Assembly (NCBI GenBank): GCA_964368115.1
Contig: CAYJBL010000002.1
Span: 10,949-40,785 of the forward strand
Length of the DNA stretch: 29,837 nt
Source of the DNA: an uncultured Bacteroidales bacterium
Lineage (GTDB): Bacteria; Bacteroidota; Bacteroidia; Bacteroidales; ML635J-15
Direction: 5' to 3'
Below are positions 1 to 9,528 of this stretch, piece after piece. Below the pieces are notes generated by a model, which was not told the origin of the DNA, made no database searches, and was given only the letters and a program-made list of their open reading frames with translations. Both the position numbers and the translations under genes were made by a program. Numbering within the stretch: position 1 is the first letter of the stretch; every line of letters starts with the position of its first letter.

Positions 1-1830
1 ACGTATAATGCAACAATAACCGATGCAAATAGTTGTGTATTTACACAAACATATACAGTAACCGAGCCATCGTCAATCGCAGTAGCAGAAACAATGACCG
101 AACCATTGTGTAATGGAGATTCAAATGGGGAAATGGCATTAACAATTACAGGCGGAACAGCACCATATTCAGTAGTATGGGAATCGGATGCCGCAGTAGC
201 AGTAGCACTAGATGGAGGTGTCTTTACAAAAGCAGGCTTAGCAGCAGGAACGTATAACGCAACAGTAACCGATGCAAATAGTTGTGTATTTACACAAACA
301 TATACAGTAACAGAGCCAGCATTAATATCAGTATCAGAAAATATAACACAACCATTATGTAATGCAAATTCAAATGGTGGAATTGAACTTACAATTACAG
401 GTGGAACAGCACCATACTCAGTAGTATGGGAATCGGATGCTGCAGTAGCAGTAGCACTAGAAGGTGGTGTATTTACAAAAACAGGTTTAGCTGTTGGTAC
501 GTATGATGTCCAAATAACAGATGCACATAATTGTGTAGAAACTCTTACATATACGATTACGCAGCCAGAATTAATTTCGATATCAGAAACAATGACTGAA
601 CCATTGTGTAATGGCGATTCGAATGGCGAAATGACATTAACGTTGAGTGGCGGAACTGCACCGTATGCAGTAGTGTGGGAGTCGGACCCGATAAGTGTTT
701 TGACAGGCGATATCTTTACAAAAACAAATTTGGCAGCAGGAACCTATAATGTAACAGTGTCAGATATAAATTCTTGTGTTACGCTTCAATCATTTATAGT
801 AACCGAGCCAGCGTCAATCGCAGTAGTAGAAACAATGACCGAACCATTGTGTAATGGTGATTCAAATGGTGAAATGGCATTAACAATTACAGGCGGTACA
901 GCACCATACTCAGTAGTTTGGGAATCAGATGCCGCAGTTGCAGTAGCACTAGAAGGTGAAGTATTTACAAAAGTAGGCTTAGCAGCAGGAACGTATAATG
1001 CAACAATAACCGATGCAAATAGTTGTGTATTTACACAAACATATATAGTAACCGAGCCAGCGTCAATCGCAGTAGTAGAAACAATGACCGAACCATTGTG
1101 TAATGGTGATTCAAATGGTGAAATGGCATTAACAATTACAGGCGGTACAGCACCATACTCAGTAGTTTGGGAATCAGATGCCGCAGTTGCAGTAGCACTA
1201 GAAGGTGAAGTATTTACAAAAGTAGGCTTAGCAGCAGGAACGTATAATGCAACAATAACCGATGCAAATAGTTGTGTATTTACACAAACATATACAGTAA
1301 CCGAGCCATCGTCAATCGCAGTAGCAGAAACAATGACCGAACCATTGTGTAATGGAGATTCAAATGGGGAAATGGCATTAACAATTACAGGCGGAACAGC
1401 ACCATACTCAGTAGTATGGGAATCGGATGCCGCAGTAGCAGTAGCACTAGATGGAGATGTCTTTATTAAAGCAAGCTTAGCAGCAGGAACGTATAATGCA
1501 ACAATAACCGATGCAAATAGTTGTGTATTTACACAAACATATATAGTAACCGAGCCAGCGTCAATCGCAGTAGTAGAAACAATGACCGAACCATTGTGTA
1601 ATGGTGATTCAAATGGTGAAATGGCATTAACAATTACAGGCGGTACAGCACCATACTCAGTAGTATGGGAATCGGATGCTGCAGTAGCAATAGCACTAGA
1701 CGGAGATGTCTTTACAAAAACAGGCTTAGCAGCAGGAACGTATAATGCGACAGTAACTGATGCAAATAGTTGTGTATTTACACAATCGTTTACAGTTACA
1801 CAACCAGAAATACTAGAAGTTGCACAACAA
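1..1830 (+). repeat. Intragenic tandem array of ~249-bp (83-codon) DNA repeats
   Basis: Unit starts fall at 94, 343, 592, 835, 1084, 1333, 1582 and (diverged) 1831, with spacing of 249 nt except one 243. Positions ~796-1045 are identical to ~1045-1294, and 1-167 are identical to 1240-1406. Confidence 0.95.
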
Positions 1831-4800
1831 ATAGCGTTGCCATTGTGTAATGGTGATTCAAATGGAGAAGTACTGCTGACTATTTCAGGTGGAGTAGCTC
1901 CATATAGCATAGTATGGGAAACGGAATTATCTGCGGTTCTTCCAGGAAATACCTATACAAAAGCAGGTTTAGCAGCTGGAACATATACAGCAATAATAAC
2001 CGATGCAAATGGTTGTATTAATACACAGACAGTTACAGTAGGTCAACCAGATCAAATGAATGTAACTTTAGTTGATATTGTAAATGTAGAATGTTTTGGT
2101 GACCTAACAGGTAGTATAGAAATAAACTTAACAGGTGGAACTGGCGATTATACAGTCGCTTGGGGAACAGGTGCAGGACAAAGCGACTCTGATGTTACTC
2201 TTGCTGAAATGACAGGATACCAAATAACAGGTTTAGCTGTGGATACTTATGATGTAACAATTACAGATGCGAACGCATGTAGTACTTCATTGGTAGGTGT
2301 GCAAATACAGGGACCATCTTCGCAGTTCGTAGTAGTATCTAGTTCACTAGAAGACGTAACGTGCCACGGAGGAAATAATGGAAGTATAAATATTGCAATT
2401 GAAGGAGGTGGAGTACCATATGTTTATACGTGGGAAAATCAAACTGATTTAACAACAGGAACAAATACGATTGCTTTTGCTCCAAGTATGACACCGTTAC
2501 AAAATTTAACAGCAGGTAATTATTCATTATCATTAACAGATGGTTATGGATGTTTGCAAATAACAAATTTTGTAATTGGTCAACCAGATGCTATTGCAGT
2601 TGCAGAGACACTTATAGAACCATTATGTAATGGCAATTCAAATGGAGAAGTGGAACTGCAAATTGCAGGTGGTACAGCACCATACACCTTGAAATGGGAT
2701 ACAGATCCAAATGTATTATTACCTGGAGATACTTTTATAAAAGATAATCTTGCAGCAGGTAGTTATGGAGTAACAATTACTGATGCAAATAATTGTCTTT
2801 TAATACATACAGTAGTGTTAGGAGAGCCAAATGTATTGACAGTTACTAATACAGTGACAGATGTAGTTTGTAATGCTGGAATAACAGGAGCAGTAAACCT
2901 AACAATTGTAGGTGGTCTTCCAAATTATGAAATAGCATGGTCGCCAGCAAATGTTCTTGGAGAAAGTGCGGCTACATCTACAGTTGATGGTTTATTTGTG
3001 GTAAATGATTTCGTAGCAGGAAGTTATGATTTTATTATTACAGATGCAAATGCATGTCAACAAGTATTAACAAATATAGTAATAAGTCAACCTACAGTTC
3101 CATTTGTAGCTGTCGTAGACAATCAAATTCCTGCTACATGTTATGGAGGAAATGATGGAGGATTAGAAATTTCATTAACAGGTGGTGGTGATGCTGCGTA
3201 TACCTTTAGTTGGGTAAATAATACGGATGGAACTCTAAGTGGAACTATCAATGCAGGAACAAATCCAAATCAAATAAATAATCTAACTGCTGGTGATTAT
3301 ACAATTACCGCACTAGATGCTTTGGGTTGTGAACTTATAATAAATACAGCAGTACAGCAACCAGATTCGATTACTATAGCTGTAGATGCTATAATAGAAC
3401 CATTATGTAATGCTGATACAAACGGAAAAATTAATCTTAACTTATCTGGGGGAACAGGCGAATATGTAGTTTCATGGTCTCCAGCAAGTGCAGATGGAAC
3501 AGCGCAGGCAACAACAGCAGGAATTCTTGAGATAGATAATCTAGCAGTAGGTACATATAGCGTAACAGTTACTGATGAGCAAAATTGTCAAAATATTAGT
3601 GACATTACTGTTGATCAACCAGATGTAATAGTATTAACAGAAACAGTAAATATTGCTACATGTAACGGGCAGGCTGATGGATCAATTAGTCTTACAATTA
3701 ACGGTGGGGTAGCTGGTTATGATATTACATGGTCACCAGCAAATCAGGCTGGACTAGCTGCAGGAACATTGGCTACAGAAGGAGATATATTTGAGATTCA
3801 AAACTTGTTAGCAGGAACTTATAGTGTAACAGTTGTTGACGTAAATGGATGTATATCAACAAAAGATATAGTAGTTACTCAAGCTGAAACATTAGTTCTA
3901 ACACCAAATTATATTGAACCATCATGTAATGGAAATTCAAATGGAAGCATTGAGCTTACAATCGATGGAGGTACTCCTGATTATAATATTTCATGGTCTC
4001 CTTCTAATACAAGTGGAGAAGTATCTGGAGTATTATCTACTGAAGGAGGAACATTTGTAGTTGATGATCTTTTAGCAGGGCCTTATAACTTTATAATTGT
4101 TGATGCAAATGGTTGTGTTGAAAAACAAACCTATGAATTAGATGAGCCTGCTTCAATTGAAATAGCAAGAGATATAATTCAACCATCATGTAGTGGATAT
4201 GCTGATGGAAAAATAGCTCTAACAGTTACGGGAGGAACACCAGTATATAATATTGATTGGTCACCAGCTAATGCATACGGAATGACATCGGGTAGTTTAG
4301 CTCTTGATGGCGGAGTATACCAAATAAATGATCTTGCAGCAGGTTTATACACTATTACAATTACTGATGCAAATGCATGCCAAGAGGTGATGCCTATTAC
4401 TATTAATCAACCTAATCCTTTATTGTTAGCTCTAGAAAATGTAGTAGATACAGAGTGTTTTGGAGAAGCAATAGGTAGAATTGAAGTTACAATAACAGGA
4501 GGAACAGAAGACTATTCATTAGCTTGGGGACCAAATGCTGACCAAATTGCAACTGGTATATCAGGAATTAATGCAATCGGGTACGAAATTACAGGTTTAG
4601 AAGCAGGAAACTATAGTGTTGATGTGACAGATGCAAATGGATGTCAATATTCTCTATTAGGAGTTCAAGTAGAAGGGCCATCTGCTCCATTTGCAGTATT
4701 AGCTAAAGATACTGTAAACGTAAGTTGTAATGGCAATATGGATGGAGGAATAACCTTAGCATTATCTGGTGGTGGTTCACCAAGTTCATATTCTTGGATT

Positions 4801-7800
4801 AACACAACACATGGAACAGCTGGTAATGGAATAATTACACAGACTCCAAGCATTACAGACTTAACAGGTTTAGATGCTGGTCAATATGTGTTAGTCATAG
4901 AAGATATATTTGGATGTACAAAAAATATTGATTTTACTATAGAAGAACCAGATCCTATTGTGGTAACAATAGATGAAGTTGTTGTTCCTTTATGTGTTGG
5001 AAATGCAAATGGTGAAATAGAATTATCTGTTTTCGGAGGCTTTGCTCCTTATCAAATTTCTTGGGGACCTGCATTAGATGAAAGTCAATACAATGTTTCA
5101 GCAATGAATGCATTAGGATTTGAAATAAATAATCTTCTTGGAGGAACTTATGATATAACAGTAACAGATGCAAGTGGATGTGCTGTAATTACAACACAAG
5201 AAATAGTAGAGCCAGGTGCAATTACATTAAGCATAACACAAACTGAACCGGTTATTTGTGTTGGAGAATCAGTAACATTAACTGCAGAAGTAGTTGGTGG
5301 TACAGCTCCGTTTACTTATGTTTGGAATAATGGACTTTCAAATGCAGTTTCGCATGTTGTAACTCCTGATGTAACAACAGACTATACAGTAGAAGTGACA
5401 GATGCTTACGGATGTGCAGTAGTATCAGCGACAGCGCAAGTTGTAATCAATCCGTTGCCAGAATTTATGTTAACAGAGGCGAGTCCGATATCTTGTAATG
5501 GTGAGTCAGATGCTGTGATTGCATTAACAAATGTTGGAGGTATTGCTCCTTACACAGTAGCTTGGGGGGCTGGTGCCAACGAAAATGAGGCAAATATTTC
5601 AGCAACTGATATTGAAAACTATTCAATAAGCAATTTAGGAATAGGAACATATACGATTACACTTACAGATGGAAACACGTGTGTTAAAGAAAATTCAATA
5701 ACAATTGTTGAGCCTTTAGCATTAACATTAGTTTTAACTTCAGAAAGTGCGTCGACGTTTGCAGAAAATGACGGAACAGCTACGGCAACTCCAGATCTTG
5801 GAGTAGAGCCTTACTCATATTCATGGGCAAATGCAACAGCTCCAACAGTAGAAATTTCAACGCAGCAAACAGCAACAGGTTTGGTGACGGGAGACTATGT
5901 TGTTACTGTAACGGATGCTAACGGATGTACAGTTGAAGGAACTGTATTTGTTGATGAGCCAGAATATCAGCAACCAAACATCGTTATCCTTTCGGAAGGT
6001 TTACTAGATTGTTTTGGAGATACAGATGCAAGTTTGGCAATTAGAGCAAATGGCGGAGTTCAACCGTTTACATACTATTGGGAAAATGTTATAGGTGTAA
6101 ATATTGATAATGACACCTTACTAACAAATCTTGCAGCAGGAAATTATTACTTAACAGTAACAGACCTTCTGATGAATCAATGGGATACAGTTATTACAAT
6201 TGTAGCACCAGAATTATTAGAAATAGATAATATTGTTGTTGATAATGTAAATTGTTTTGGAGAAACAAATGGAACGGCATTAGCAACAGTATCTGGAGGT
6301 ACAGGTTTATATACTTATAGCTGGAGAACAAATACTGGAGCAGTAGTAGGAATCAATTCTATGAATATTGACGAATTGCCTGCAGGTATTTATACCTTAT
6401 CTGTAACAGACCAAAATACATGTTCTACAACAGAAGATTTTGTAATATCTCAACCAGATGAATTAGTAACAGATCTTCCTGCTGCAATTACTGAACCTTG
6501 TAATGGAGGTGGACAAGCAGGAATAACAATTGATGTTGATGGCGGTTCGCCTGCATATAATATTGTTTGGTATACAGAAAATCATGTTCAAGTAGGAATA
6601 GGAGAGACAGTTACAGGATTGTCGACAGGCGATTATTACGTAAGTATAACTGATGCAAATTCTTGCGAAATGACACAAATATTTGAAGTTACGCAACCGC
6701 CTGCATTAGAAGTTGATATGGGTGTACAAGATCCATTATGTTATATGCAAGAAAATGGTATTGTTTGGGTAACTGCATCTGGAGGAACACCAGGGTATAC
6801 TTATGAGTGGAGCATGACAGGTGTTCAAAATAACGATACCGTTTATAATGTTGCTCAAGGAACATGGTATGTTACGGTAACAGATGCAAACGATTGTACT
6901 GTAGTTGGTGAAATTGATGTTACTCATCCTGATTTACTTGAAATTAGTGATGTAACAACAGATATTGAGTGTAATAATACAATTATGGGAACATCTACAC
7001 TGCTAGTTCAAGGTGGAGTAGGGCCTTATAATTATGATTGGTCGACTGGAAATAATGCAATGTATGTTGATGATTTACCAGGAGGTATACACGGTGTTAC
7101 AGTAACAGACGCTAACGGATGTGTTAAATCACATATTGTGGAAGTAGAAATGTCAGGTGAATTTGTTGTTTCAATTTCACAAACAGAATATTCGTTATGT
7201 TATGAAGATAATATAAGTGATTTCCATGCAGTATCATATGGAGTAGCTCCATTTACATATAATTGGAATATTGCAGGAAATACATCACAATCAGGGTATA
7301 CAGATATGCCTGTGGGGACGTATCTTGTAACTGTAACTGATATAAGAGGATGTAAAGGTATGGATTCTCATATTGTTTCCCAAAATGAAGAATTACAAGT
7401 ATCATTTACTTATGGAGATGTTCTTTGTAAATATGGAGAAACAGGGTGGATTGCAGCACATGCAACAGGCGGTACAGGTTCGTATTTTTATAACTGGTCG
7501 CATAATGGAAATACTGCAGATAGTATATATGGTTTAGAAAAAGGAATATATATGTTAGACCTATTTGATTCTAATGGATGTATTATTACAGATGCTGTAG
7601 TAATTTCAGAACCAGATTCAGCATTATCTGTGGAAACAGAAGCTATAGATCTTACATGTTTCCAATCTAACGATGGTCAACTGTTGGCTGCTGCAGCTGG
7701 TGGTGTTGCTCCGTATACATATGTGTGGGAAAGCGAAGACAATTATTATATTGAAGGAGACCAAACAAATCCAGATCTTCGCGCAGGGTTCTACAGATTA

Positions 7801-8388
7801 ACAGTAACAGATGTAAACTTCTGTAAAAATGTATCTAATATTATTGTAGAACAACCAGATCCAATACAAATAACAATAGAAGATATTTCTGCAACTTCTT
7901 GTAATGGAAACAATGACGGATTTATTGAGATTGAAACAATAGAAGGTGGTACGCCTCCTTATGCTGTTTCGGTAACAAATGGAGCAGTAACATATACTCA
8001 ATCAGATTATTTCGTAGAAGGATTATTTGCGGGAACATATTTTATCGGAGCAGTTGACTCAAGAAATTGTACACAACGTGATATTGATATAATAAAGATT
8101 CAATTGGAAGATGGAAATGCAGATTGCGTAACAACTTACAACGCATTTACTCCTAATGGAGATGGAGTAAACGATAGATGGAGAGTAGAAAACTTACATT
8201 TATTTGAAGGATCTCTTGTACAAGTGTATAACAGATGGGGACAGTTATTGTATGAATCTACAAACCCTAACGAATCATGGGATGGTACATACAAAGGAAA
8301 AGAACTTCCAGCAGGAACATATCTGTATTACATAGATACAAATGATGGTTCTGCTCCAAGATCAGGTACAGTAACAATAGTTAGATAA
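1..8388 (+). CDS. Giant SprB-repeat surface protein/adhesin with gliding-motility-associated type-B T9SS C-terminal domain; 5'-truncated by the window edge
   Basis: Frame 1 is open from base 1 (TYNATITDANSC...), so the ATG at 94 is internal. About 32 tandem ~75-90 aa units follow the pattern xPxC.G..NG...l.i.GGt.PY...W.....L.AG.Y.VT.TDANGC. The C-terminus YNAFTPNGDGVNDRW...YNRWGQLLY...WDGTYKG...GTY.Y...GTVTIVR is a typical type-B CTD. A PorP/SprF gene follows directly. Confidence 0.93.
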   Translation, partial: TYNATITDANSCVFTQTYTVTEPSSIAVAETMTEPLCNGDSNGEMALTITGGTAPYSVVWESDAAVAVALDGGVFTKAGLAAGTYNATVTDANSCVFTQTYTVTEPALISVSENITQPLCNANSNGGIELTITGGTAPYSVVWESDAAVAVALEGGVFTKTGLAVGTYDVQITDAHNCVETLTYTITQPELISISETMTEPLCNGDSNGEMTLTLSGGTAPYAVVWESDPISVLTGDIFTKTNLAAGTYNVTVSDINSCVTLQSFIVTEPASIAVVETMTEPLCNGDSNGEMALTITGGTAPYSVVWESDAAVAVALEGEVFTKVGLAAGTYNATITDANSCVFTQTYIVTEPASIAVVETMTEPLCNGDSNGEMALTITGGTAPYSVVWESDAAVAVALEGEVFTKVGLAAGTYNATITDANSCVFTQTYTVTEPSSIAVAETMTEPLCNGDSNGEMALTITGGTAPYSVVWESDAAVAVALDGDVFIKASLAAGTYNATITDANSCVFTQTYIVTEPASIAVVETMTEPLCNGDSNGEMALTITGGTAPYSVVWESDAAVAIALDGDVFTKTGLAAGTYNATVTDANSCVFTQSFTVTQPEILEVAQQIALPLCNGDSNGEVLLTISGGVAPYSIVWETELSAVLPGNTYTKAGLAAGTYTAIITDANGCINTQTVTVGQPDQMNVTLVDIVNVECFGDLTGSIEINLTGGTGDYTVAWGTGAGQSDSDVTLAEMTGYQITGLAVDTYDVTITDANACSTSLVGVQIQGPSSQFVVVSSSLEDVTCHGGNNGSINIAIEGGGVPYVYTWENQTDLTTGTNTIAFAPSMTPLQNLTAGNYSLSLTDGYGCLQITNFVIGQPDAIAVAETLIEPLCNGNSNGEVELQIAGGTAPYTLKWDTDPNVLLPGDTFIKDNLAAGSYGVTITDANNCLLIHTVVLGEPNVLTVTNTVTDVVCNAGITGAVNLTIVGGLPNYEIAWSPANVLGESAATSTVDGLFVVNDFVAGSYDFIITDANACQQVLTNIVISQPTVPFVAVVDNQIPATCYGGNDGGLEISLTGGGDAAYTFSWVNNTDGTLSGTINAGTNPNQINNLTAGDYTITALDALGCELIINTAVQQPDSITIAVDAIIEPLCNADTNGKINLNLSGGTGEYVVSWSPASADGTAQATTAGILEIDNLAVGTYSVTVTDEQNCQNISDITVDQPDVIVLTETVNIATCNGQADGSISLTINGGVAGYDITWSPANQAGLAAGTLATEGDIFEIQNLLAGTYSVTVVDVNGCISTKDIVVTQAETLVLTPNYIEPSCNGNSNGSIELTIDGGTPDYNISWSPSNTSGEVSGVLSTEGGTFVVDDLLAGPYNFIIVDANGCVEKQTYELDEPASIEIARDIIQPSCSGYADGKIALTVTGGTPVYNIDWSPANAYGMTSGSLALDGGVYQINDLAAGLYTITITDANACQEVMPITINQPNPLLLALENVVDTECFGEAIGRIEVTITGGTEDYSLAWGPNADQIATGISGINAIGYEITGLEAGNYSVDVTDANGCQYSLLGVQVEGPSAPFAVLAKDTVNVSCNGNMDGGITLALSGGGSPSSYSWINTTHGTAGNGIITQTPSITDLTGLDAGQYVLVIEDIFGCTKNIDFTIEEPDPIVVTIDEVVVPLCVGNANGEIELSVFGGFAPYQISWGPALDESQYNVSAMNALGFEINNLLGGTYDITVTDASGCAVITTQEIVEPGAITLSITQTEPVICVGESVTLTAEVVGGTAPFTYVWNNGLSNAVSHVVTPDVTTDYTVEVTDAYGCAVVSATAQVVINPLPEFMLTEASPISCNGESDAVIALTNVGGIAPYTVAWGAGANENEANISATDIENYSISNLGIGTYTITLTDGNTCVKENSITIVEPLALTLVLTSESASTFAENDGTATATPDLGVEPYSYSWANATAPTVEISTQQTATGLVTGDYVVTVTDANGCTVEGTVFVDEPEYQQPNIVILSEGLLDCFGDTDASLAIRANGGVQPFTYYWENVIGVNIDNDTLLTNLAAGNYYLTVTDLLMNQWDTVITIVAPELLEIDNIVVDNVNCFGETNGTALATVSGGTGLYTYSWRTNTGAVVGINSMNIDELPAGIYTLSVTDQNTCSTTEDFVISQPDELVTDLPAAITEPCNGGGQAGITIDVDGGSPAYNIVWYTENHVQVGIGETVTGLSTGDYYVSITDANSCEMTQIFEVTQPPALEVDMGVQDPLCYMQENGIVWVTASGGTPGYTYEWSMTGVQNNDTVYNVAQGTWYVTVTDANDCTVVGEIDVTHPDLLEISDVTTDIECNNTIMGTSTLLVQGGVGPYNYDWSTGNNAMYVDDLPGGIHGVTVTDANGCVKSHIVEVEMSGEFVVSISQTEYSLCYEDNISDFHAVSYGVAPFTYNWNIAGNTSQSGYTDMPVGTYLVTVTDIRGCKGMDSHIVSQNEELQVSFTYGDVLCKYGETGWIAAHATGGTGSYFYNWSHNGNTADSIYGLEKGIYMLDLFDSNGCIITDAVVISEPDSALSVETEAIDLTCFQSNDGQLLAAAAGGVAPYTYVWESEDNYYIEGDQTNPDLRAGFYRLTVTDVNFCKNVSNIIVEQPDPIQITIEDISATSCNGNNDGFIEIETIEGGTPPYAVSVTNGAVTYTQSDYFVEGLFAGTYFIGAVDSRNCTQRDIDIIKIQLEDGNADCVTTYNAFTPNGDGVNDRWRVENLHLFEGSLVQVYNRWGQLLYESTNPNESWDGTYKGKELPAGTYLYYIDTNDGSAPRSGTVTIVR

Positions 8389-8506
8389 TTAAGAAGAGTA
8401 AGCAATGAATAACAGAAAGAAAATGTATAATAAAACAGAAAGATATACAGAAGCAGTTAAGAGTGCTGCAAAAATTCTTCTTAGTGAGAAAAGAAAAAAT
8501 AATATT

Positions 8507-9454
8507 ATGAAAAAGTATCTACTCGTATTAGTAGCATTAGTGTCTTATAATTTTTTAGATGCTCAGCAGATTTCATTAAATAGCCAATACATAAATAATG
8601 ATTTGGTTCAGAATCCTGCTGTAGCAGGAACGCAGAAGTATGCGCCAATAAAATTATCAATTAGGCGAAATTGGATTGGAGTGGCTGAAGCCCCTGCTGT
8701 ACAAACAATAAGTGGGCATATGTCGGCAAATAATATTGGACTTGGTGCAATTATTTTTAATGATAACTTTGGGCCAGAGCAACATATCGGTACTCAAATA
8801 GTGGCATCATATAAGAATAGTTTTACAAGAAACTTTCATTACTCTTTTGCTTTAGCTCCAACTTTGTTTCAATATAGTTTAGATGAAAGATACTTTGAAA
8901 TGGAGCGTCCAGATGATCCTTTAATAACATATTCAATTGAAAATAGACTACTTTTCGATTTGTCGGCTGGAGCTTATTTTTATGGAACAAAAAGAGGAGT
9001 AGACGGTCATAAATACTATTTTGGAGTTACTGTAGCAAACATGGTGCGTTCGAGATTAAAAACAAATCAGGTGACAGTAGCAAGAATGGTCTATCATTAC
9101 ACTATTATGGGGGGATTTAGACATGATTTTAAAGGAAAAGCAAGAGATTACGCCATTGAGCCTTCTATATTGATAAAAACTACTGGAAGAACAATGCCTA
9201 TACCTCAGTTTGACGTTAGTATGAAATTCCATTATAAAATTGATAGATCAAATAAATTTTGGACTATGTTGTCTTTGCGTTCATTTGATTCATTTATTGT
9301 TGGAATGGGATTAGAACACAAACAATATATATTTGGATGTGCATATGATTTCACATTTAGCGATCTGTCTGCAATTACAACAGGTTCTATCGAAATGATC
9401 TTTGGAATGAAAATTGGTAAAGGAAGTACTAGTAGAGGGAGAACTTTTTATTAG
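8507..9454 (+). CDS. PorP/SprF-family T9SS outer-membrane protein
   Basis: Signal peptide MKKYLLVLVALVSYNFLDA is followed by QQISLNSQYINNDLVQNPAVAG, R.NW.GV..AP, and late AYDFTFS.L....GSIE motifs of the family. It lies directly after a type-B CTD protein. ATG 8507 is preferred over 8405 because it begins the signal peptide. Confidence 0.9.
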   Translation: MKKYLLVLVALVSYNFLDAQQISLNSQYINNDLVQNPAVAGTQKYAPIKLSIRRNWIGVAEAPAVQTISGHMSANNIGLGAIIFNDNFGPEQHIGTQIVASYKNSFTRNFHYSFALAPTLFQYSLDERYFEMERPDDPLITYSIENRLLFDLSAGAYFYGTKRGVDGHKYYFGVTVANMVRSRLKTNQVTVARMVYHYTIMGGFRHDFKGKARDYAIEPSILIKTTGRTMPIPQFDVSMKFHYKIDRSNKFWTMLSLRSFDSFIVGMGLEHKQYIFGCAYDFTFSDLSAITTGSIEMIFGMKIGKGSTSRGRTFY

Positions 9455-9467
9455 AATAAAATAGAAT

Positions 9468-9511
9468 ACAAGAAAGGCAGGTTTTGAAACTTCAAAACCT
9501 GCCTTTCTTGT
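9468..9511. terminator. Long perfect hairpin, probable bidirectional intrinsic terminator
   Basis: acaagaaaggcaggttttgaa-ac-ttcaaaacctgcctttcttgt forms a 21-bp perfect inverted repeat between convergent genes ending at 9454 (+) and 9529 (-). Confidence 0.85.
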
Positions 9512-9528
9512 TTGAATGATTTGCGTAA

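Noticed and set aside
94..96. ATG 94 as the adhesin start
   Set aside because: The frame is open from base 1, this Met recurs in each repeat (MTEPLC), and there is no signal peptide.
1..1830. Repeat array as a CRISPR array or DGR template/variable repeat
   Set aside because: Units are 249 bp, in-frame and protein-coding with no unique spacers. No cas or reverse transcriptase gene is present and differences are not adenine-specific.
786..1910. 374-aa antisense ORF with repeats
   Set aside because: It is a shadow of the repetitive, codon-biased adhesin frame; one stop-free antisense unit is simply multiplied by the tandem array.
8405..8506. 34-aa N-terminal extension of PorP/SprF
   Set aside because: The signal peptide begins at ATG 8507; the extension is probably an untranslated A-rich spacer that happens to be open.
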